Source: Candidatus Pelagibacter sp. HTCC7211 (GTDB lineage: Bacteria; Pseudomonadota; Alphaproteobacteria; Pelagibacterales; Pelagibacteraceae). From it: 32,000 nt of DNA. Location of the stretch: contig NZ_DS995298.1 in assembly GCF_000155895.1 (NCBI RefSeq), positions 900,001-932,000 of the forward strand, given 5' to 3'. The notes beneath the pieces are model-generated. The model worked only from the letters and a program-made list of their open reading frames with translations, made no database searches and had not been told where the DNA came from. Shown here piece by piece: positions 18,749 to 25,340 of the stretch; the stretch's first letter is position 1; every line of letters starts with the position of its first letter. A program made the position numbers and the translations under genes.

Positions 18749-19166
18749 ATAATTCAAATCCTGTATTGTTAGCAATCTTATCATATAATGTTTTTGCTGT
18801 CTCATTGGAAGAGTGGGTTATCCAACGAATTCCTTCCCAATTATTTTTTTTAGACAAAGACTCCAGGTATTTTATAAGCTTTTGAGCTATTTTTTGTCCT
18901 CTAAAATTTTCATCTACGAATAAATCATCTAAAAAACCAATATATTTACCTTTAATTGGTCTTGGCATTGTTCTGTAGTGAGCTATTCCAACGATTTTAT
19001 CTTCTATTTCGTAGCATATTCCATTAACAACATGAATTTCATCGTGTATCCAGCTCCATAAAGTATCTAAAATCTCTTGTTTCATAGGAACTTTATAAAA
19101 TCTAGCATACCCACAATATAATTTTATCCAATTTTCCTTAACTTTTCTTTTAATTTTTCTAATCAT
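18729..19166 (-). CDS. GNAT family N-acetyltransferase
   Basis: Acetyl-CoA motif A (LFVDENFRGQKIAQKLIKYL) and typical GNAT length. Confidence 0.8.
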   Translation of the reverse strand: MIRKIKRKVKENWIKLYCGYARFYKVPMKQEILDTLWSWIHDEIHVVNGICYEIEDKIVGIAHYRTMPRPIKGKYIGFLDDLFVDENFRGQKIAQKLIKYLESLSKKNNWEGIRWITHSSNETAKTLYDKIANNTGFELYELKRD

Positions 19167-19204
19167 TTACATTAATAGTATTAAATAAAACATTGTAATT
19201 GTTA
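19161..19204 (+). repeat. Copy 2 of the 44-bp imperfect direct repeat; fills the DUF2938-GNAT spacer
   Basis: aatcatttacattaatagtattaaataaaacattgtaattgtta. It contains the 13-bp palindrome ttaataGtattaa (19172-19184). Confidence 0.5.
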
Positions 19205-19209
19205 ATTTA

Positions 19210-19686
19210 TTAAATAGTAAACCATCTAAAACCTTCATACATCGCTACACCATATATCGAATGCCTAATAAGAAAAATAATAGAAGTTTCAATTGGTTTA
19301 TCAGTATTTTTTGCAAAAATACCTTGCCCTGTAAAAGGTAAAAATACTAAAAGTGGAGCTAAAGTTGTTATTGCTCCAAAAATAAGCCCTGAAAAATAAG
19401 ACATTTTAATTCCAACATTAATGAAGATAATATAGTAAATAACTGCCCAAGATATTGATATAAAGTAATGAAAAACCCATCCAAGCAATACTTCATATTT
19501 AAATTCAGGTTTTTCAATAATTGTTGGGTTAAAAAAAGCACCATTTTTTATCATATAAAAGGTCCATCTACCTACAATGCCCCAAGAGGGTTCTGGAATA
19601 CCTATTTTTTTTAATAAATAACCCAAAATATCTAAAATGATGCAAGAAAATATGCCTGCAACGAAAATACTCAAAAAATCAATCAA
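19210..19686 (-). CDS. DUF2938-family integral membrane protein
   Basis: Four to five TM segments. GRW..Y...G.F and HY.IS..WA.IY motifs are recalled from DUF2938. The start codon is TTG at 19686, with no in-frame ATG nearby. Confidence 0.65.
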   Translation of the reverse strand: MIDFLSIFVAGIFSCIILDILGYLLKKIGIPEPSWGIVGRWTFYMIKNGAFFNPTIIEKPEFKYEVLLGWVFHYFISISWAVIYYIIFINVGIKMSYFSGLIFGAITTLAPLLVFLPFTGQGIFAKNTDKPIETSIIFLIRHSIYGVAMYEGFRWFTI

Positions 19687-19693
19687 TATTAAC

Positions 19694-19864
19694 TCAATAA
19701 AAATTTAAAATAATAAAGCAAACTATAAAGAAAACAGCTAAAATAGACAAATAAATCGTTTCTAGAGTTTTTCCAGTTTTTTTATACTGAATAAAGCTTA
19801 ATATTACAAAACCAATTGAAGTTATTAAAAAATATATTGGTTCAATTACACCGTCAATGCCCAT
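19694..19864 (-). CDS. Possible small two-TM membrane protein (56 aa), not in ORF track
   Basis: Manual translation gives MGIDGVIEPIYFLITSIGFVILSFIQYKKTGKTLETIYLSILAVFFIVCFIILNFY*. There are two hydrophobic helices with a KKTGK loop. The stop lies 7 nt before the DUF2938 TTG start. Confidence 0.35.
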   Translation of the reverse strand: MGIDGVIEPIYFLITSIGFVILSFIQYKKTGKTLETIYLSILAVFFIVCFIILNFY

Positions 19865-19900
19865 TTTTTAATCTTATTTCATCCATGTTTTGTTCTCAAT

Positions 19901-19917
19901 ATCATTAATTGTCATCA
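19901..19917 (+). repeat. Partial direct copy of the recombinase palindrome core
   Basis: atcattaattgtcatca versus ataattaattgttatca (19972-19988) matches at 15 of 17 positions. A third at(g)attaatt lies at 19921-19930. Confidence 0.45.
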
Positions 19918-19937
19918 TAAATGATTAATTATTTTAT

Positions 19938-19966
19938 TTGACATTAGAAAACTCCTGATATATTAC
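19938..19966 (+). promoter_or_regulatory. Candidate promoter of the recombinase gene
   Basis: Perfect -35 TTGACA (19938-19943), N17, TATTAC (19961-19966). The -10 element is the first 6 nt of the palindrome. Confidence 0.35.
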
Positions 19967-19997
19967 TAATGATAATTAATTGTTATCAATAGTAATA
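19961..19997. repeat. 15-7-15 inverted repeat (lox/FRT-like architecture) directly upstream of the recombinase ATG
   Basis: tattactaatgataa / ttaattg / ttatcaatagtaata. The arms are reverse complements at 14 of 15 positions. The repeat ends 2 nt before ATG 20000. Confidence 0.6.
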
Positions 19998-19999
19998 AT

Positions 20000-20953
20000 A
20001 TGAACGAACTAACAACAGACTTAAAATTACTTCATGAGGCAACTTTAAATAACCTTAAAAGCTCAAAAGCAAATAACACTTTGAGAGCTTACAAATCAGA
20101 TTTTAAAGATTTTGGAGCTTTTTGCTCAAAACACGGTTTAAATTCGTTACCATCAGAACCTAAAATAGTAGCTTTATACCTCACACATCTTTCTAAAAAT
20201 TCAAAAATAAGCACTCTAAGAAGAAGGTTGGTATCAATAAGCATGGTTCATAAGTTAAAAGGATTTTATTTAGATACAAAACACCCTATCATTGTTGAGA
20301 ATTTAATGGGAATAAAAAGGGTTAAAGGAAGCATTCAAAAAGGAAAAAAACCTCTATTAATTAATCATTTAAAATCAATTATTAATGTAATAGATGAACA
20401 AAAAATAGAAGATATAAAGAAAGCAAGAGATAAGACAATCATCTTAATAGGCTTTGGAGGTGGTTTTAGACGAACTGAACTTATTTCAATTGACCATGAT
20501 GATTTAGAATTTGTTCCTGAAGGTCTTAAAATAACTATCAGAAGATCAAAAACTGATCAATTCGGTGAGGGGATGATTAAAGGACTACCCTACTTCACTA
20601 ATGAAAAATATTGTCCAGTAGTTAATCTAAAAAAATGGTTAGAAATTTCTAAGATTAGCTCAGGACCAATTTTTAGAAGGTTTAGCAAAGGTTCATCTTT
20701 AACAGATAAAAGATTAACAGACCAATCTGTAGTATTATTGATGAAAGAATATCTAAATTTATCAGGCATAGAAAATAAAAATTTTGCTGGTCATAGCTTG
20801 CGATCAGGTTTTGCAACTGTTGCAGCAGAGTCAGGAGCAGATGAAAGAAGTATAATGGCTATGACAGGTCATAAAACAACACAAATGGTTAGAAGATATA
20901 TAAGAGAAGCCAATATCTTTAAAAATAATGCATTAAATAAAATTAAAATTTAA
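20000..20953 (+). CDS. Tyrosine site-specific recombinase/integrase, Cre-like architecture
   Basis: Catalytic signature GGFRRTEL (Arg I), GHSLRSGFAT (His-x-x-Arg) and GHKTTQMVRRYIR (His, Tyr nucleophile). The N-terminal domain TLRAYKSDFKDFGAFCSKHGLNSLPSEPKIVALYLTHLS parallels Cre (TWKMLLSVCRSWAAWC...FPAEPEDVRDYLLYLQ), recalled from memory. Confidence 0.9.
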   Translation: MNELTTDLKLLHEATLNNLKSSKANNTLRAYKSDFKDFGAFCSKHGLNSLPSEPKIVALYLTHLSKNSKISTLRRRLVSISMVHKLKGFYLDTKHPIIVENLMGIKRVKGSIQKGKKPLLINHLKSIINVIDEQKIEDIKKARDKTIILIGFGGGFRRTELISIDHDDLEFVPEGLKITIRRSKTDQFGEGMIKGLPYFTNEKYCPVVNLKKWLEISKISSGPIFRRFSKGSSLTDKRLTDQSVVLLMKEYLNLSGIENKNFAGHSLRSGFATVAAESGADERSIMAMTGHKTTQMVRRYIREANIFKNNALNKIKI

Positions 20954-20957
20954 AATA

Positions 20958-21860
20958 TTATATGTTCCAAATTTTATAAACTACTTTGTATAACATCGTA
21001 ATGTATAAAATAATTGAAATTAATCTCAAAAAATTCTTGTATGACTTCTTTGGCCTGAAGATTATAAAATTAATTATAATACGTTGAAAATAATCTATAA
21101 AATTTTTGATTATACGAAAAATTAAAGAACTAACATTATTATTTTTTTTAAAATAAATATAAGAAGATATTTTATGTATAATTGATAATTTGGAGTTTGT
21201 AAAAAATTTTTTTTTTGAAGAAGCATTTTCTAAATGAATAAATTTTGATGAAGGAACTTCCATAATGTATTTTCCTTTTTTTAAAGTACGATCGCATAAA
21301 TCATTATCTTCGAAGTACATAAAAAAGTTTTTATCAAAACCTCCTAATGAATTAAAAAAATCTCTATGCATAAGATAGCAACAACCCATTAAAAATTTAC
21401 AACAAGTATTATAAGATGGAATATTATTAGATATATTTGAAACTTTAACACCATTTAATTGATCTAAATATGAAATTGTCCCGTTAGTACGTCTGTGCAT
21501 TTTTTGATCATATAATGATGGCCCCAAAATTCCTATATTTTCAGGATCATTTAAAAAATTTTTAAATAGATCATTAATAGAATCTTCATTTATTAAAATA
21601 TCAGGATTTACAATTAAAATAAAAGGTGTTGTAGCTCTAGAAATAGCTAAATTGTTTGCAGCTCCATATCCTAAATTTATAGAGGATCTTATAAAATCTA
21701 TATTTTTATAATTAAAAATAATTTTTTCTAATTCTTTAGAATTAGAATTATCAACTATTATTGTAGGAAATTTTTTTAATATTTCTATATTTTTTTGAAT
21801 AAGCTTTTCACTTCTGTATGTTACAATTATTAATGTAATATCTTCATAAATACTTGTCAT
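20958..21860 (-). CDS. Family 2 glycosyltransferase with C-terminal hydrophobic tail
   Basis: ITLIIVTYRSEK...VDNSN...GYGAANN...LIVNPD (GT-A DxD-type core) and FFMYFEDNDLC. The C-terminus has a TM-like segment. Confidence 0.85.
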   Translation of the reverse strand: MTSIYEDITLIIVTYRSEKLIQKNIEILKKFPTIIVDNSNSKELEKIIFNYKNIDFIRSSINLGYGAANNLAISRATTPFILIVNPDILINEDSINDLFKNFLNDPENIGILGPSLYDQKMHRRTNGTISYLDQLNGVKVSNISNNIPSYNTCCKFLMGCCYLMHRDFFNSLGGFDKNFFMYFEDNDLCDRTLKKGKYIMEVPSSKFIHLENASSKKKFFTNSKLSIIHKISSYIYFKKNNNVSSLIFRIIKNFIDYFQRIIINFIIFRPKKSYKNFLRLISIILYITMLYKVVYKIWNI

Positions 21861-21868
21861 AATTTAAA

Positions 21869-22843
21869 TTATAATTGTTTTAAAAGATTAGAAGCTACTG
21901 TTTTCCATTTTTTAGAACCTCTTAAATTTAGTAAATTATTTCGTATTTCATTCCATAAATTATAGTTATTAAAAATATTTAATGTAAAATCAGCAAATTC
22001 ATCACTATTTTTTGCTATAAATCCAGTAATACCATGCTCAACACGCTCTGAAAGTGATCCAATACCCAATGTTATGATTGGTATACATAGTTCTCTTGCT
22101 TCTTCAGCTGCTATGCAAAATAATTCGCCTTTATGACCAGGCACCAATAACACTTTAGATTTAAGCATATCTTTAAGCAATGAAATCTTATTATCAAAAT
22201 TTCTAGAGTATATATTAAAATTATTTTCGATTAAATCACTTGGTGTAACAAAAAGTTTTATAGATTTGTTTTTTGGAAATATCTTTTTTTTCCAAATATC
22301 AATTAATATATCTAAATTTCTATCTCTCCTCGAGGTAAATATAGCTCTATTTTCTACATTAGAATCATCAATTTCTGCTTCTAAAAATAATGGGTCAACC
22401 GCCCATTGGAGATTAATTTTTCCAAATAATTTTAAAAGGAAATTTCTATTATCATCATGATATTTTCCCAAAATAATAACTTTAGGTTTATACTTTAAGA
22501 AACTTAATAATTGACCTTTACGAATAAATTTTTCAATAGATTGAATACTGTGTGAAAAAGCAATATAATTTTTTGCTGAGATTTTATTAAAAAGCCTAAT
22601 ATCATTATTTGTGAATGCATAATCAAAAACATTTTCTTTATTAGTATTATTAATATTAGTCCACTTTACATTATCAAAAGTTTGACTTTCTGAATTATTA
22701 TTAAAAACTTCAACATTATTATTAAGTTTTGCAAGTTCTTTTGATAAATGGATTATTACATTTTCACCACCTCTAATATCTTTTGAATTCAAATCATTTG
22801 GTGTGTATGGAATAGGTGAATTATCCAAGAAACAAATTTTCAT
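21869..22843 (-). CDS. GT-B fold glycosyltransferase (GT1/GT4-like)
   Basis: C-terminal Glycos_transf_1-like motif (LLVPGHKGELFCIAAEEARELCIPIITLGIGSLSERVEHGITGF). Confidence 0.75.
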   Translation of the reverse strand: MKICFLDNSPIPYTPNDLNSKDIRGGENVIIHLSKELAKLNNNVEVFNNNSESQTFDNVKWTNINNTNKENVFDYAFTNNDIRLFNKISAKNYIAFSHSIQSIEKFIRKGQLLSFLKYKPKVIILGKYHDDNRNFLLKLFGKINLQWAVDPLFLEAEIDDSNVENRAIFTSRRDRNLDILIDIWKKKIFPKNKSIKLFVTPSDLIENNFNIYSRNFDNKISLLKDMLKSKVLLVPGHKGELFCIAAEEARELCIPIITLGIGSLSERVEHGITGFIAKNSDEFADFTLNIFNNYNLWNEIRNNLLNLRGSKKWKTVASNLLKQL

Positions 22844-24969
22844 TAAAACAAATTAGGTTTTTTTCCGAAAGATATATCGATTATATATTTTGAAATTTTA
22901 TTTCCATTAAAAAGTTTAAAATATTTTGCTTTACCATTTTTTGCTATTTTTTTTCTTAACTTATCATTTTTACTATAAAAATTAATTTTAGAAGCTAGAT
23001 CATCAATATTATTGTAAAATATTACCTCCCTCTCATCATCAAAAAAAACATCCAGTTGTGTTTTTTTATCTATAAATGTAAGTAGTCCATTACCTAGTAA
23101 TGATGCTATTCTATTACTTGAATAATATTTAGTTGGTGTTCCCCTGCTTAAATTTAATCCCATTTTTGAATTAATTAAAGCTCTATTAAAACTATTACCC
23201 CAAATAGGCTGTCTGTTTTTAAATCCATGAAAATCATAATTTATATCTGGAATTTTTTTTATAAGTTTATCCAAAAAATTAATTCTATTATCCTCAAACC
23301 CTTTTTTTAAAATACCTCTATTAACTCCATGACTCATAGCGTAAAATATATCTTTTTTTGGGTTTAACTTATAAACATCAAAACACTCAATATTTTTATC
23401 TACTGGCACAAAGAAAAAATTAAATTTCTGATTTTTAAATTTATTTTTTAAAATTGATGGGTGTGTAGTTATAAAATTATGATCAACTACAGAAACATAT
23501 GGCTTAATATTTTTAATATTTTTGGTAGAGAATTCAAGTCCAGGCATAAGAGGATCCTCATTCCATTGAGATATTATCAAACTTTTATTAATTGATCTCA
23601 TGTAATCAAATGTTTCTAAATTTATATTATTTGTGTGTCCAAATAAAAATAAATCAGGATTATAATTTTTAACTACCTCTATCAAATGTTTTTGAAATGA
23701 ATCTAAGTTAGTTCTAAAATTTAATAGACTACGATTATTCTTTATATAATCACGATCACTAATTTCTAAAACATCATGATTATTTCTAATGAAGCCATTT
23801 GTAAATTTTTTTCCTAGCGAGATATTAAATAATCTATAATTATTTTTTTGACCTTGATTAAATAAATTTATTATTCTTAATCTGTTCTTAATAAAATTTA
23901 ATTGAAATTTTGAAAAAATGTTACTCCTTATTAAATCAATTTTTTTTGTATTTTTATCAATTAAATGAATAACATTGTTCCTAGATAAATTTTGAATTTT
24001 TTTTCTTTTAATTTTATTATTTATTAGATCTTTAATATTCATATAAAGTTTTTCAGAATTAATATTATCAATAGGAACTATGTAATTTGATGTTTCTAAC
24101 AACCCACCTCTATTTGATGTAACAGTTGCGCATCCTGATGCAGTAGCTTCTAATGAAACACGACCAAATGGTTCTTCCCATCTTGAAGGGACAATAGCAA
24201 TTTCAGATTTATCTAATATATCTAATGTTTTTTGGTGATTTAAAAAACCATATTCTTTATGTTTTTTATGTTTGATATAAATACTCCTTCTACTTTCATC
24301 ACCTAAAGATAATGCACGCCAATCTGGATATTCATTAAGAATTCTAATAATTGCATCTTTGTATATATCATATCCTTTAGAATGATTTAGTTTTCCTACA
24401 AAAACAATCTGATTTGTTTTAATTTTTTTTTTTCGTTTATTTGTGCTGTGATAAATTATCTCTGTTTTATCTTCTTGGGTGCTATCTAAACCTTTAAAAA
24501 ATCTTTTTTTGACCCATTTGCTTATGAAAACTAATTTCTCAACTTTTTTTAAAATTTCAACTCTTTCTGAAATTGATTTTGATCCAGACATAGTTAATGG
24601 ATCGTTATGATAATACATAATAAATTTAGCATTTATTCTTTTTAAAAGTTGAAATAATATCAATGGTCTATTATGTATTTCAACTATATCAAATTTTTCT
24701 TTAATAATATTTTTGGATATTTTTTCTACATATTCGTATGATGTACTTCTAAATTTTGATTTAAGATTTTTAAGGGGTATATTTATATAATTCTTAGATA
24801 AATAATTTTTAGAGTTTGAATTTCCATAAATAAAATTTTTATTTTTAAATTTTGACTTATTAAAAAATTGTGAAACCCAAAGAGATACAGCTGAAGCATT
24901 CTCTAAAGTGTAGCTTTCTTTATATGGTAAAATAGTTGCTATTTTAATATCGTTTTTTTTTACTATCAT
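22843..24969 (-). CDS. Two-domain glycosyltransferase: N-terminal GT4 domain plus C-terminal CgeB/Glyco_trans_1_2-like domain
   Basis: Residues around 180-300 read FVGKLNHSKGYD...IVPSRWEEPFGRVSLEATASGCATV (E-x7-E). Residues around 540-700 read FYAMSHG..R...L.......GF......W......ALINSKMGLNLSR....YYSSNRIASLLGNGLLTF, resembling CgeB-type domains. Confidence 0.8.
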   Translation of the reverse strand: MIVKKNDIKIATILPYKESYTLENASAVSLWVSQFFNKSKFKNKNFIYGNSNSKNYLSKNYINIPLKNLKSKFRSTSYEYVEKISKNIIKEKFDIVEIHNRPLILFQLLKRINAKFIMYYHNDPLTMSGSKSISERVEILKKVEKLVFISKWVKKRFFKGLDSTQEDKTEIIYHSTNKRKKKIKTNQIVFVGKLNHSKGYDIYKDAIIRILNEYPDWRALSLGDESRRSIYIKHKKHKEYGFLNHQKTLDILDKSEIAIVPSRWEEPFGRVSLEATASGCATVTSNRGGLLETSNYIVPIDNINSEKLYMNIKDLINNKIKRKKIQNLSRNNVIHLIDKNTKKIDLIRSNIFSKFQLNFIKNRLRIINLFNQGQKNNYRLFNISLGKKFTNGFIRNNHDVLEISDRDYIKNNRSLLNFRTNLDSFQKHLIEVVKNYNPDLFLFGHTNNINLETFDYMRSINKSLIISQWNEDPLMPGLEFSTKNIKNIKPYVSVVDHNFITTHPSILKNKFKNQKFNFFFVPVDKNIECFDVYKLNPKKDIFYAMSHGVNRGILKKGFEDNRINFLDKLIKKIPDINYDFHGFKNRQPIWGNSFNRALINSKMGLNLSRGTPTKYYSSNRIASLLGNGLLTFIDKKTQLDVFFDDEREVIFYNNIDDLASKINFYSKNDKLRKKIAKNGKAKYFKLFNGNKISKYIIDISFGKKPNLF

Positions 24970-25207
24970 TCAATATTCTTAATCTCTCATTTCTATCTTT
25001 TTTTAATTTGTATTCAAACGAAAGAGCTTTATTCTTGGAATAAAATCTTTTTTTATAAATAATTTCCCATTTATAGCCTCTAGTCGATTTAGCACCTAAA
25101 TTGGAATTATGCTTATGAAGCCTTTTTTTAATATTATTTGTATACCCAACATATGATTTATCTAAAAAACCATCTAAGGTTTTTATTAAATATACATAGT
25201 AAACCAT
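24944..25207 (-). CDS. GIY-YIG nuclease superfamily protein (UPF0213/YhbQ-like)
   Basis: YYVYLIK...SYVGYTNNIKKRLHKHN...GAKSTRGYKWEIIY...ALSFEYKLKK. It overlaps the downstream GT start by 26 nt. Confidence 0.8.
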   Translation of the reverse strand: MVYYVYLIKTLDGFLDKSYVGYTNNIKKRLHKHNSNLGAKSTRGYKWEIIYKKRFYSKNKALSFEYKLKKDRNERLRILNDSKKKRY

Positions 25208-25224
25208 AATTAATTATGCTTATT

Positions 25225-25299
25225 TGGCGGTCCCTGGGGGAATCGAACCCCCCTTTGCAGGATGAAAACCAGCTGTCCTAACCGATAGACGAAGGGACC
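25225..25299 (-). tRNA. tRNA-Glu (anticodon UUC), CCA encoded
   Basis: The hand-folded cloverleaf has acceptor GGUCCCU/AGGGACC, D stem GUCU/GGAC, anticodon arm GCUGG-UUUUCAU-CCUGC and T arm GGGGG-UUCGAUU-CCCCC. It is closely similar to E. coli tRNA-Glu. Confidence 0.93.
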
Positions 25300-25309
25300 A
25301 TGAGGTGAT

Positions 25310-25338
25310 CTTTTATTTTAAAAGTTTATATTTATCAA
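25310..25338 (-). promoter_or_regulatory. Candidate promoter for tRNA-Glu (and possibly the downstream GIY-YIG/GT operon)
   Basis: Minus strand reads TTGATA (25338..25333), N17, TAAAAG (25315..25310). The -10 element ends 10 nt before the tRNA 5' end. Confidence 0.3.
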
Positions 25339-25340
25339 GT

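Larger units (their letters stand above)
17932..25224. mobile_element. Putative accessory/genomic island adjacent to the tRNA-Glu 3' end (boundaries uncertain)
   Basis: Contains a tyrosine recombinase, glycosyltransferases, a GIY-YIG gene, MGMT, GNAT, DUF2938 and the only long non-coding stretch in the window. By eye it is more A/T- and Asn/Lys/Ile-rich than the flanking core genes. It abuts the tRNA-Glu 3' end. No duplicated tRNA fragment was seen. Confidence 0.4.

Noticed and set aside
18749-18805. Longer MGMT start at 18805 (MRQQKHYMIRLL...)
   Set aside because: It would overlap GNAT by 77 nt and adds residues with no MGMT similarity. ATG 18748 sits just before the conserved domain.
17932-20000. 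Search for a direct repeat of the tRNA-Glu 3' end (tggcggtccctggggg...) marking the far island border
   Set aside because: I found no copy or partial copy by eye in either non-coding stretch. A classical tRNA-att duplication cannot be claimed.
21828-21838. Reverse-strand copy of the 11-mer ttacattaata (shared by the 44-bp repeats) near the GT2 5' end
   Set aside because: It lies in coding sequence, where it encodes the conserved GT2 N-terminus DITLIIVTY. It is most simply a chance AT-rich match, and it is used as a caution on repeat significance.
24423-24433. T11 (A11 on the coding strand) homopolymer inside the 708-aa glycosyltransferase, and the T9 at 24953-24961 in the GIY-YIG/GT overlap, as possible slipped-strand phase-variation switches
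   Set aside because: Comparable runs occur in essential core genes here, for example A10 at 14936-14945 in hom, because Lys AAA codons are abundant. The tract is not distinctive without population length-variation data.
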